Shown: positions 22,600-31,427, numbered from the stretch's first letter. The stretch is DNA of 32,000 nt from Candidatus Iainarchaeum sp. (GCA_028713935.1 JAQTNI010000007.1:5262-37261); one strand, 5' to 3'. Translations and numbers: made by a program. The notes: generated from the letters alone by a model not told the origin.

Positions 22600-23484
22600 T
22601 CAGGTTATCAGTGCCGCACCAATAAGCATTAGGATTATTGCAAAAAATTTCTGCAGGATTGTGGATTTTCCAATCTCCTCTTTTAGAATTCTTGGAAAAA
22701 ACATGCTGAGTGTTATTGTTATCAGCAGGACGAAGAGCGGCTGTATTGAGCTCAGTGCATTTACCAGCGTTACAAAGCCAATTGAAGTGGCAATTATGAT
22801 AAACAGCACTCCCGTAAGATTCAAAGACTCATTTAATGCAATTGCAGCAAAAGGCTTTTTTCCGTGCTCCTTCAAAGTTGAAACAAAACTTGGCAAGCAA
22901 AAATAAATCATCGGTATTATTGCAATAAATGCGCCTATTCTTTCGAATGAAAACACTGTCCAGAAATCAGCAAAGGAAAGAAGATACTTTATTACCACTA
23001 ATTCAACTGCAAAAACAAAGGCAGAGAGAATAGCGATCAATGCTGGTTTTCCAAGCCGGATTTTTGTAATGCTTTTGGAGGAAATCAAAACAGCCCCGGC
23101 AATCAGGAGGATAATGCCAAAATATTTTATTGGGGCAAGAACCTCATTCAAAAAAACAGATGCAATGACCAGAACAAAAAAAGGCGACAGGTAAAAAATC
23201 GGCACTATTCTGGATATTTCCTCGAACTGCACTGCCTTGAAATATAGTGCATTTCCCAAAAAATACAGAAAACCTGAAATAATTGCTAGGCCAATATTAA
23301 ACAGGGAGAAGCTTGCAAAGCCTTGTGTTAAAAAAATTACTGCACTTGCAATCAGGCCGACTATTCCAAGAATTGAAACATTGATTAGTGGGTTTCTAAC
23401 CCATTTTGTGAGAATAAACTTGTCAATTGTATTTACAACCGCAAAAATCAATGCAGCCAAAACTGCAAACAAAACCCAGCTCAT
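22600..23484 (-). CDS. EamA/DMT-superfamily transporter
   Basis: 294 aa, about 10 TM helices arranged as two EamA-like halves. Confidence 0.75.
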   Translation of the reverse strand: MSWVLFAVLAALIFAVVNTIDKFILTKWVRNPLINVSILGIVGLIASAVIFLTQGFASFSLFNIGLAIISGFLYFLGNALYFKAVQFEEISRIVPIFYLSPFFVLVIASVFLNEVLAPIKYFGIILLIAGAVLISSKSITKIRLGKPALIAILSAFVFAVELVVIKYLLSFADFWTVFSFERIGAFIAIIPMIYFCLPSFVSTLKEHGKKPFAAIALNESLNLTGVLFIIIATSIGFVTLVNALSSIQPLFVLLITITLSMFFPRILKEEIGKSTILQKFFAIILMLIGAALIT

Positions 23485-23540
23485 TGCCAGTATATTCTCT
23501 AAAAAATCTTTTAAAAAACCTTTCAGAATTAATTGTTCCT

Positions 23541-25037
23541 ATGCCGAAAGAGGAAATCAACAATTTGGCTTTGAGAAGGGCCTTGTTTTACCCTGCTGCG
23601 GAGATTTATTCCAATGCTCCGGGCGGCTTCTGGGAGTTTGCTGATGCTGGAGAAAAAATCCGCAGGAAAATTGTTGATTTGTGGAGAAAAGAGCTTGTTG
23701 AGAAAGAAGGCTTCATTGAAATTTCCGGTGCACAGATTTTGCCTGAAGATGTTTTCAAGGCATCAGGGCATATTGCTTCTTTTTCCGATCCTGTTGTGCA
23801 GTGCAAAAAATGCAGTTCTTTGCATAGGGCTGATTCTCTGCTTTCGGAAAAAACAAAGGAAGTTGTTCCTGAGTCTCTTGCCACAACTGAACTGGATAGA
23901 ATGATTAAGGCGCATGGAATTGAATGCCCGAAATGCAAGGGCAAGGATTTTGCAGAGGTAAAAAAATTCAATATGATGATGAAAGTTGACATTGGCGCTA
24001 CTGGCAATCAGGTTTCTTATTTGAGGCCTGAAACCTGCCAGAGCATTTTCCTTGATTTTAAAAGAATTTATCGGACAATGGCGAATTCTTTGCCTCTTGG
24101 AATTGCGCAGGCTGGCAGTTCTTTCAGGAATGAAATTGCGCCCAGAAATACTCTTTTGAGGCAGCGTGAATTCGGCCAGATGGAAATAGAAATTTTTTTC
24201 AATCCCCACAGGATTAATGAAATTGAAAATTTTTCCGAAATAGAAAATTTCAAATTGAATTTGTTTCTTTTGAAGGAAAAGGGAGTTAAAAAAATTTCGT
24301 GCAAAGAGGCGGCTGAAAAAAAAATTGTTTCGGGAAAATTGGTTGCTTATTTCCTTGCAAGAGCGCAGCAGTTTTATTCAAAATTGAACATTCCTGATGA
24401 AAAAATGCGGTTCAGGCAGCTTGCCAAGGATGAAAGGGCTTTTTATGCTTCCGAAACATGGGATTTTGAAGTTGAAACAGATTTGGGCTGGATAGAATTA
24501 ATGGCCTGCAATTACAGGACAGACCATGATTTGAAAGGGCATGGAAAACAAAGCAAGCAGGACATGGTTGTAACAGACAACAATGAAAAAGTTTTGCCGC
24601 ATGTTTTTGAGCTTTCAGCAGGCATAGACAGGGCTTTTTATGTTGCGCTTGACCTTGCTTTTAAGAAGGAAAAAAGAGGCCCCGAAGAAAGGATTTTTTT
24701 GAACCTGCCCGCGAGGATCTCCCCTTACCTTGCAGGAATTTTTCCGCTTGTGAAAAAAGACGGCTTGCTTGAAAAAGCAATGGAAATTTTCAGGCAACTG
24801 AATTCTTTTGATTTTGATGTCCTGTTTGAGGAAAAGGCAAGCATTGGAAAGCGCTATGCGAAAATTGATGAAATCGGTGTTCCTTTTGCAATTACAATTG
24901 ATTATGATTCCCTGAAAGACAATTCCGTTACCCTGCGTGAAAGAAATTCAATGCAGCAAAAAAGAGTGAAAATAGATTCTTTGCCTGAAATTCTCTGGCA
25001 TTTGAAAACAGGAAAAAAAAGCTTTGAACAAGCCTGA
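23541..25037 (+). CDS. glyS: glycine--tRNA ligase (archaeal/eukaryotic-type class II)
   Basis: ..RRALFYPAAEIY..GGFWEFADAGEKIRRKI.., YLRPETCQSIF, GIAQAGSSFRNEIAPRNTLLRQREFGQMEIEIF, SAGIDRAFY, and a C-terminal anticodon-binding domain. ATG 23541 is preferred over the extended ORF start. Confidence 0.9.
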   Translation: MPKEEINNLALRRALFYPAAEIYSNAPGGFWEFADAGEKIRRKIVDLWRKELVEKEGFIEISGAQILPEDVFKASGHIASFSDPVVQCKKCSSLHRADSLLSEKTKEVVPESLATTELDRMIKAHGIECPKCKGKDFAEVKKFNMMMKVDIGATGNQVSYLRPETCQSIFLDFKRIYRTMANSLPLGIAQAGSSFRNEIAPRNTLLRQREFGQMEIEIFFNPHRINEIENFSEIENFKLNLFLLKEKGVKKISCKEAAEKKIVSGKLVAYFLARAQQFYSKLNIPDEKMRFRQLAKDERAFYASETWDFEVETDLGWIELMACNYRTDHDLKGHGKQSKQDMVVTDNNEKVLPHVFELSAGIDRAFYVALDLAFKKEKRGPEERIFLNLPARISPYLAGIFPLVKKDGLLEKAMEIFRQLNSFDFDVLFEEKASIGKRYAKIDEIGVPFAITIDYDSLKDNSVTLRERNSMQQKRVKIDSLPEILWHLKTGKKSFEQA

Positions 25038-25044
25038 TTCCGGA

Positions 25045-25515
25045 TTACCTGTTTGGCACTACATTCAGCAATGCATCAACAAGAGGCCCTGTGCACTGTT
25101 TCTTCAAATCTTTTACCTGTGCTGCCCCAAAAGCATCATAATTTCCCAATTCTTCTTTTGGAACAAGGCAGGCCATGCTCTTGCCCTGAAGCATCACTGC
25201 CATTACCTGTGCAATAGCGGCGTCCTTGCTTTTCGGGTCAACAGTTATTTTTTCCATTTTATAACTTATTTTGCAATTCTCCCCATCCAAACCAAAAATT
25301 GAAATTTTCAGGCCTATGTCAGCTTCCGGGCTCTGGCTTTTTTCAGTTATAACAGCAAAAGCCTTTTCGCATTGTTTTGTTGCATCAGAAATGCATTCCT
25401 TGTTTGTTCCGCAATCCTTCAGGCCAGCAGTATCATCAGGCGCCACAGGCTGTGCGCAGCCAAGAAGCACAATAATGCAGATAAGCAGAATCTGCAGTGA
25501 AAAAACCTTTTTCAT
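25045..25515 (-). CDS. secreted lipoprotein-like protein, unknown function
   Basis: Signal peptide MKKVFSLQILLICIIVLLGC with a lipobox-like LLGC. The mature part contains several Cys. Confidence 0.5.
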   Translation of the reverse strand: MKKVFSLQILLICIIVLLGCAQPVAPDDTAGLKDCGTNKECISDATKQCEKAFAVITEKSQSPEADIGLKISIFGLDGENCKISYKMEKITVDPKSKDAAIAQVMAVMLQGKSMACLVPKEELGNYDAFGAAQVKDLKKQCTGPLVDALLNVVPNR

Positions 25516-25586
25516 AAAAAGAACAGGGGTTTCTTTGTTTAAATATTTAACGCCACAAATTTTTTATGTTAGCGGAGCGAACTCCA

Positions 25587-25642
25587 AAATCGCGAAGCGA
25601 TTTTGTTTCTTTTCCCAGGTTTTCTTTGCTCTGCAAAGAAAA
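25587..25642 (+). repeat. hairpin-repeat family 1, copy b (directly upstream of tRNA-Thr)
   Basis: AAAATCGC-gaa-GCGATTTT hairpin, core GTTTCTTTTCCCAGG, then hairpin TTTTCTTTGC-tct-GCAAAGAAAA, ending 3 nt before the tRNA 5' end. Confidence 0.7.
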
Positions 25643-25645
25643 GCT

Positions 25646-25718
25646 GCCGCAGTAGCATAACGGTTATTGCTCCGGTTTCGTAAACCGGCGGTTGGGAGTT
25701 CAAATCTCCCCTGCGGCT
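25646..25718 (+). tRNA. tRNA-Thr (anticodon CGU), intronless
   Basis: Acceptor GCCGCAG/CTGCGGC, anticodon arm CCGGT-TTCGTAA-ACCGG, T arm GGGAG-TTCAAAT-CTCCC, discriminator T. No encoded CCA. Confidence 0.9.
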
Positions 25719-25754
25719 TCACATGTTAAACAAATTTATTAGGCAAAGTGAGAG

Positions 25755-26717
25755 ATGAATATTATGAATATGAGCGATATACAAAATGCACATTGCAGGA
25801 TAAAACAGCATATCAAAAAGACTCCTTTAAAGCACTCAAATTTCTTCAGTTTGTTTTGTGGGGGAAACGTTTACCTAAAGCTAGAGAATCACCAGATTAC
25901 TGCTTCATTCAAGATTCGAGGAGCATTAAATAAGATGCTCCAGTTGACTGAAGAGGATAAAGCAAAAGGGGTTATAACCGCGTCTGCTGGGAATCATGCA
26001 CAGGCAGTTGCCATATGCGCGGAAAAATTGGGTTTAAGTGCAAAGATTGTTGTCCCAAAAACAACGCCCCAAAAGAAGATAGACAAGATAAAGATTCATG
26101 AGGTCAAGCTATTGTTGTATGGGAAAACTTATGATGAGGCTGAGCAAAAGGCAATTTCCATTGCTGAAGAAGAAAACAGGACGTATATCTCCCCTTATAA
26201 TGATAAACTTGTCATTGCGGGTCAGGGGACAATTGGGTTGGAAATATTAGAGGATTTACCAAAGATTGATGTGATTTTAGTTCCAGTTGGTGGTGGAGGT
26301 TTAATTTCAGGAATTGGAATTGCGGTTAAAAATAAGAATCCGACTATCAAACTTATCGGGGTTCAATCTAATGCTTCCCCCGTAATGTATAAATCACTTA
26401 AAGCGGGAAAAATAGTGGATGTGGCAATAAAAAACTCCATAGCGGATGGTCTTTCTGGAGGAATTGAAAAAGGTTCAGTCACCTTCGAAATATGCCAAAA
26501 ATATGTGGATGAGATTATATTAGTGAATGAAACAACAATTCAAAAAGCCATAAAAATGCTCTGGGAAAACCAAAAGGAAATTTCTGAAGGCGCCGGGGCA
26601 GTAGGGCTTGCAGCAATATTGGAGAATAAAAAGCGTTTCAAAAATAAAACTACTGTTGTTGTTATAAGCGGCGGAAATATAGATGACGATATTTTTAAAA
26701 AAATTATCAGTCAATGA
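25755..26717 (+). CDS. PLP-dependent threonine ammonia-lyase / serine-threonine dehydratase family enzyme (short, no ACT domain)
   Basis: ..LKLENHQITASFKIRGALNK.. (PLP-lysine motif), SAGNHAQAVA, and the GGGGLISG glycine loop. Confidence 0.8.
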   Translation: MNIMNMSDIQNAHCRIKQHIKKTPLKHSNFFSLFCGGNVYLKLENHQITASFKIRGALNKMLQLTEEDKAKGVITASAGNHAQAVAICAEKLGLSAKIVVPKTTPQKKIDKIKIHEVKLLLYGKTYDEAEQKAISIAEEENRTYISPYNDKLVIAGQGTIGLEILEDLPKIDVILVPVGGGGLISGIGIAVKNKNPTIKLIGVQSNASPVMYKSLKAGKIVDVAIKNSIADGLSGGIEKGSVTFEICQKYVDEIILVNETTIQKAIKMLWENQKEISEGAGAVGLAAILENKKRFKNKTTVVVISGGNIDDDIFKKIISQ

Positions 26718-26777
26718 AATAGTTACAAGCGGTTTCTAGTGCTGGTTCAATAGAGTGCAAATAGCAGAGGGCTTTTT

Positions 26778-28304
26778 TTAGGCTGTGCGTTTTGCTGTTA
26801 TTTCAATCCAGCCGCTCATTTCGCTGTCAACCTGGCTTCCGGATTCTATTGGATTGTCATACCAGTAGCGGATTTTGCAGTTCATTACTGTGTTGTTTTG
26901 CGCGTATAGGGGCGCGCTGATTTCTATGGGGAGAGTTTCGCTTGCGCCTTTTGCAAGAAAGGGTATTTCACTGGATTTGAATTTGAGCCAGCTTGCATCG
27001 CATTCGGAATCATTTTTTGTTTTTACTCTTATATTGCTTAAATCCATTTTTCCAGTGTTCTGGATTCTTATTGAAGAAGATTTTTTTTCGTATTTTCCGG
27101 AACTTTCAAGGAAGTTCACGCTGTTTGTTTTTGAAGCAGGCGTTAATGCAATTCCGAATTGTGCTTCGCTTTCTATTTCAAGGATTGCATCCCATCTTTC
27201 AGGCGAGGGCAACATTGGGCTTTCTGCTATAATCACTGCTGTCATTTGCTCTTTTTTTGCGGTTATGGGAATGTCAAACCTTATCTTGTTTTCAATTTTT
27301 TTTTCACTGGTTTTTTTGCCTCCAATGGAATCAAATTCAGTCCCTTCAGTAAATTGTATTTTGGAAAGAATTTCTTCTTCAGAATTCTTTGAAATGCTTG
27401 TTATTTCAAAGCTGAGCTTTAAGCCGTAAACAGTGAATGGGCTGTCATTTGTTATTGAAAATTCTTTTATGACTGTTTCGCCGGCATTGCCGCTAATGCT
27501 CAGGTTTGAAGGGGAAAATTTAAGAATTGGCTTTGGGAAAAGCCTTGCATCCGCAGGAATGTTTTCCTTTGTGTTTGTGTATTTTATCCTTATGTTCCCG
27601 CCAATTGCATCGCCAAGCTCCTGGTTTGTTATTTTTATGCTGTCAGGCACTGAAACAGTCACAGTTGCATTTTCCGAGTTTTTTGCGCCCACCTGCATAG
27701 CAGGGATTTGCAGGCTTATTTTGTCAAGCTCTTTGCTTGCAACAAATTCTATCTGCTGCGCTTCCGAGCCGTTGTTCACAACAGTAACCTGGAATTCCGC
27801 TGTCTGGCCCGCTACAAGCGCTTTTGGAAAATTTTCTTTTAATCCTTTTATTGATGCGTTAATATTTTTTTCAAATTCCAGTGTTTCCGAGGATGCTTCG
27901 GAAACAGACAGGTTTTCACTTATAACAGAGTAATCCGGGCCTGCTTTTGCCTCTATTTTGTATTCTCCCGGCTTTAGTTTTGCGGAAAAAGACCTGCTTC
28001 CGCTTGTTTCAAAAAGCTTGTTTCCAGCCAAATCAAAAATCTTGAAGGAGCTTGCCGAAAGGCTTTCGCCTTCAGTGTTTTTCAGGGAAAAATCAATTGC
28101 CCTGTATGACCCAATAAAAAAATCGTACAAAAAATATGCAAGCACAATAATAATTATTATTGCAATTATCGCCTTTGCGTTTTTTTTCAGCGCGCCAGTG
28201 ATCGGGGTAATCCTGCCCATTATGGAGGATTGTTCCAGCAGAACATCATCACCGCTGTAAGAAGGCGCATCAAACTTGTCAAATCCGTCAGGCAGAAAAA
28301 ACAC
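26778..28304 (-). CDS. N-terminally anchored cell-surface protein with repeated Ig/CARDB-like beta-sandwich segments
   Basis: TM helix AIIAIIIIIVLAYFLYDFFIG, followed by repeated segments of the type ..QTAEFQVTVVNNGS.., ..NATVTVSVPD.., ..VIKEFSITNDS.., ..IRIQNTGKMD... Confidence 0.5.
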   Translation of the reverse strand: MFFLPDGFDKFDAPSYSGDDVLLEQSSIMGRITPITGALKKNAKAIIAIIIIIVLAYFLYDFFIGSYRAIDFSLKNTEGESLSASSFKIFDLAGNKLFETSGSRSFSAKLKPGEYKIEAKAGPDYSVISENLSVSEASSETLEFEKNINASIKGLKENFPKALVAGQTAEFQVTVVNNGSEAQQIEFVASKELDKISLQIPAMQVGAKNSENATVTVSVPDSIKITNQELGDAIGGNIRIKYTNTKENIPADARLFPKPILKFSPSNLSISGNAGETVIKEFSITNDSPFTVYGLKLSFEITSISKNSEEEILSKIQFTEGTEFDSIGGKKTSEKKIENKIRFDIPITAKKEQMTAVIIAESPMLPSPERWDAILEIESEAQFGIALTPASKTNSVNFLESSGKYEKKSSSIRIQNTGKMDLSNIRVKTKNDSECDASWLKFKSSEIPFLAKGASETLPIEISAPLYAQNNTVMNCKIRYWYDNPIESGSQVDSEMSGWIEITAKRTA

Positions 28305-28433
28305 CCTTTTGTCTTGAAAAACAATGGTTTTTATTGGTTATATGTATAATTAATTTAGTGTTTAATATTGTTTCGGTAGGGCACTGTGTGTTCTTTTCCC
28401 GAACAAGGCAGGAAGTGTGTTTGTAAAGCTTTC

Positions 28434-28501
28434 GCGTTTTTCGCAGAAAAACGCTTCTTTTCCCAAGGCTTTTCTTCCTTGCAAAGCATTGCTTTGCGAG
28501 G
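28434..28501 (+). repeat. hairpin-repeat family 1, copy c
   Basis: GCGTTTTT-cgcag-AAAAACGC hairpin, core TTCTTTTCCCAAGG-CTTTTCTT, then hairpin CCTTGCAAAGC-att-GCTTTGCGAGG. That last hairpin is the reverse complement of the inner hairpin at 30209-30235. A partial core TTCTTTTCCCgaacAAGGC sits at 28391-28409. Confidence 0.7.
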
Positions 28502-28568
28502 CATCGTAAAAACCTTTTGGTTTTTACAATGTTCAAGAAAAGGCTTATATTGTTTCGGTGCAGGCATT

Positions 28569-28973
28569 ATGAAGGTTTCCCTTATTTCTGATTCAAAAAC
28601 AAGGATAAATTTTTTTCCAGAGCTTTCCGAATTGCTTGCGGAAAAAATTGCAGACATTGAAACGGAAATTTTTTTTGTTCCTTTTCCCGAGGATATTCCC
28701 GCAAAGGCAAAGGAAGCGATTGAATCAGAGGAATCAGAGCTTGTTTTTGTTTTTTCCGCCTGCAAAAAACTTGATTTCAGGGCGGAATTGCTCTTGTCAA
28801 AGCTTGTTGATGTTGAGCTTCAGACTGGAAAAAAAATAATAAAAATAATAAAGAAAAAAAGCCTTGACCTGTTCCAGGGCAGCGAAAAAAACGAAAAAGA
28901 AGAGCTTGCAAAAAAATGGTGCGAATTCATAATTGACTATTTGTACAAGCCGGAATTGTTTGAGCCGAAATGA
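28569..28973 (+). CDS. hypothetical 134-aa protein (flavodoxin/lumazine-synthase-like alternating pattern, weak)
   Basis: ATG 28569 lies about 20 nt downstream of a TTATAT TATA-like box. The longer listed ORF start runs through repeat copy c. No family recognised with confidence. Confidence 0.4.
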   Translation: MKVSLISDSKTRINFFPELSELLAEKIADIETEIFFVPFPEDIPAKAKEAIESEESELVFVFSACKKLDFRAELLLSKLVDVELQTGKKIIKIIKKKSLDLFQGSEKNEKEELAKKWCEFIIDYLYKPELFEPK

Positions 28974-28978
28974 CCTGG

Positions 28979-30127
28979 TTATTTTCCTTTTGTTTTTCTT
29001 TCAAAGTTTTTTTTCACTGCATCGTGCTTTTCCTTTGCTTTTAACAGCAAGCGGAGCTGTTTTATCTGCTCTTCGCTTTTCTTTTCTTTTTCAATTTTGT
29101 CTTCCGCAATTGCCCTGAATCTTTTCATTAAGTCGTTTTTTTCAGCAAGCTCTTTCTGCAAAAAAGCTATTTTTTTGCCAAGCTTTTCCTCGGCTTCTTT
29201 TTTTGCAGCCAGCTTTGCTTCCTGGAGATTCAGGAGTTCCCTTGTGTAACTGTTCCTCAACTGCATTGTTTCGTTTTCCACGTCCAACAAAATTTTTTTT
29301 GAATAATCCCTTTCTTTTTTCAGGATTTTTAAAAGCTCAGTGTTTTTCGAGGAATACCTGTCAAGGATTTCTTTTACGCCTGAAAACCTTTCCTTTGCGG
29401 CCAGAAAAGAGCCTTGCATCTGCTCGACCTGCCTTGCCATGCTTGAAATGTGCTGTTCAAAAACAGAGTTGTTTGTGGCAATTGTTTTTTCCAAAGCGGA
29501 AATGTCTGTTTCAAGGTCAACAGAAGTGTTTTCCTCTATGAGACCCATGTGGGATTTTCTTCTTATCTGGGAATATTTTTCGCGCAAATCCTGCAATTCA
29601 TCCTCTTTTTTTTCCAGGAGATCCATTATCTGCTTGCCAGTGCTTTTTTCAGGCAAAGGCGAGGCAGAGCGTTTTCTTGCAAAAATCAAGAGCCTTTCGT
29701 TCAAATGCCTTGTTTTTAAGGCAAGGGAAAGAACCTTGTGCTGCAGTGACGCGTAAAGTTCCGGGTTTGTGTCCTTGTGCAGGACATTTATTTCTTTTGC
29801 ATGGCTGTTTTTGCCCTGTTCAAGGCCAAGGTTTCTTTTCAGGACAGCAATTGTTTTTTCAAAATCATCTGCAAGTTCTGCGCAGTCAGGCGCATTTTCC
29901 AGGGAATGCTTTTCTGTTTCTCCCCGAATTTTTAAAATTGTTTCATGCATTTCTCCAAGCCCTGAAATGGATTTTTCAAGCAGGTTCACAAGGACAATCC
30001 TGTCAAGGCTTCCCCAGTCAGCATTGGAAACAAAACTGCCAAGTTCCGCTGTTTTTTTTGAGCATTCATCAATGTAACCGCCAAGTTTCTGCTCGGCAAC
30101 CATTTCTTGGGATCCATAAAAAGCCAT
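28979..30127 (-). CDS. long coiled-coil protein, unknown function
   Basis: 382 aa, heptad-rich and Lys/Glu/Leu-rich throughout. No enzymatic motif. Confidence 0.55.
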   Translation of the reverse strand: MAFYGSQEMVAEQKLGGYIDECSKKTAELGSFVSNADWGSLDRIVLVNLLEKSISGLGEMHETILKIRGETEKHSLENAPDCAELADDFEKTIAVLKRNLGLEQGKNSHAKEINVLHKDTNPELYASLQHKVLSLALKTRHLNERLLIFARKRSASPLPEKSTGKQIMDLLEKKEDELQDLREKYSQIRRKSHMGLIEENTSVDLETDISALEKTIATNNSVFEQHISSMARQVEQMQGSFLAAKERFSGVKEILDRYSSKNTELLKILKKERDYSKKILLDVENETMQLRNSYTRELLNLQEAKLAAKKEAEEKLGKKIAFLQKELAEKNDLMKRFRAIAEDKIEKEKKSEEQIKQLRLLLKAKEKHDAVKKNFERKTKGK

Positions 30128-30167
30128 TTTTTCTCACTATAAATAATGCGTGTTTTCCTTTTTAATT

Positions 30168-30274
30168 CTGCCTTTTCTTTCTTCCATAAAAAGCAAAGCT
30201 TTTTGTGGCCTCGCAAAAGCAAGGCTTTTGCAAGGTAAAAAAGAAAGAAAATGTAAGCTGCCAAAAGAAAGAAA
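30168..30274 (+). repeat. composite repeat family 2, copy B (with nested 57-nt double-hairpin insertion)
   Basis: CTGCCTTTTCTTTCTT, then [CCATAAAAAGC-aaa-GCTTTTTGTGG][CCTCGCAAAAGC-aag-GCTTTTGCAAGG], then taaa-AAGAAAGAAAATGTAAGCTGCCAAAAGAAAGAAA. The arms match copy A (11643-11697, reverse complement) with one Y difference. Confidence 0.75.
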
Positions 30275-30354
30275 TCCTAACTTGTGTGGTAAACAGGTCA
30301 TCAAAACTGCTTTTTTTTGCATAGCTTTAAATTTTTAGTCTGCCTATTTGATAC

Positions 30355-31341
30355 ATGAATTTTTCTTTTGAGAACGGCCTTGTTTTTGAAAAAAATTTTG
30401 CAATTGACCCAGGCAGGGCAAACGGATTTGAAAATGTCATTATTACCCATGCCCATGCTGACCATGTCTGCCTGAATTCAAAATCAAATTTCTTTTTTTC
30501 AAGGCAGACCCATTCCCTTATAGAATCGCGCTATGAAAAAGTTGCCAATGCAAAGGCAAAAGAATTCAAGCAAAAATTTTCAATGCCATTTGGAGAAATT
30601 TCCCTGCACAATTCAGGGCATATTCTGGGAAGCAGCCAGGTTTTGGTTGAAGGAAAGGAAAAAACAGTTGCAATCACTTCCGACTTCAAATTGCAGGACT
30701 CGCTTGTGCAAAAAAAAGCTGAAATTCTTCCCTGTGATTCGCTTGTGATTGAAAGCACTTTTGGCCTGCCCTGCTATAAATTCCCGGAAAGAAAAGCCGT
30801 TTATGAGGAAATTGCAAAATGGATTCTTGACAAAACAAAAAAATCTTTTGTGGTTTTAGCAGGTTATTCCCTTGGAAAGGCACAGGAGCTAACTGCTGTA
30901 TGCACACAGCTTGCAGGAATAAGCCCTGTTGTGCACGAAAGCATTTTCAAAAACAACAAGGTTTACGAAAGCTTCGGGGTAAAGCTTGGGGATTATCTGA
31001 AGCTTGACCATAACCTGAAAGATTCCAATGTCCTGATAATGCCGCCTTCTCTTGCAAAGCCTGAACTTTTGAATATCCTTGAAGAAACACTGCACAAAAA
31101 AATCTTTTCGGCTTTTGCAACTGGCTGGCAGAACCGCGGAAATTACAGCAAAATTTTTCCATTGTCAGACCATGCTGACTTTGAGCAATTATTGGTGTAT
31201 GTTAAAGAGGCAAAGCCAAAACAGGTTTTCACAATGCATGGCCATTCAAGGGAATTTGCAGGATACGTGCAGAGGCGCCTTGGCATTCCCGCAAGGCCTC
31301 TCGAAGAAAGCCCGCAAAAAAGCCTGCAGGAATTCTTTTAA
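30355..31341 (+). CDS. short beta-CASP/MBL-fold nuclease (about 330 aa, ligase-associated-exonuclease-like architecture)
   Basis: ITHAHADH, NSGHILGSS, TSDFK, ESTFG, LGKAQE, ATGW, PLSDHADFEQL and MHGH motifs appear in beta-CASP order. Confidence 0.75.
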   Translation: MNFSFENGLVFEKNFAIDPGRANGFENVIITHAHADHVCLNSKSNFFFSRQTHSLIESRYEKVANAKAKEFKQKFSMPFGEISLHNSGHILGSSQVLVEGKEKTVAITSDFKLQDSLVQKKAEILPCDSLVIESTFGLPCYKFPERKAVYEEIAKWILDKTKKSFVVLAGYSLGKAQELTAVCTQLAGISPVVHESIFKNNKVYESFGVKLGDYLKLDHNLKDSNVLIMPPSLAKPELLNILEETLHKKIFSAFATGWQNRGNYSKIFPLSDHADFEQLLVYVKEAKPKQVFTMHGHSREFAGYVQRRLGIPARPLEESPQKSLQEFF

Positions 31342-31427
31342 ATTGGTTTTCCGCTGAAGCCGCCAGAAGGCGTTTATTTTATTGTCGATAAAAATAAATG
31401 CCCTTAGCTTGATTTTAGTTATTGATT

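Noticed and set aside
23427-23540. N-terminal 38-codon extension of GlyRS
   Set aside because: The extension overlaps the divergent EamA gene start and has no GlyRS homology. MPKEEINNLALRRALFYP from ATG 23541 matches the expected N-terminus.
26718-26777. Possible att-like repeat of the tRNA-Thr 3' end downstream of the dehydratase gene
   Set aside because: Only a short GGTTCAAT resemblance, not enough to call an integration scar.
26875-28260. Several plus-strand ORFs (26875-27429, 27433-27933, 27958-28260)
   Set aside because: All lie antisense to the single 508-aa surface-protein ORF. They are Phe/Ser/Ile-rich shadows.
29203-30165. Multiple plus-strand ORFs opposite the coiled-coil gene
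   Set aside because: They are shadow frames of a Lys/Glu-rich coiled-coil gene (poly-purine codons give open antisense frames).
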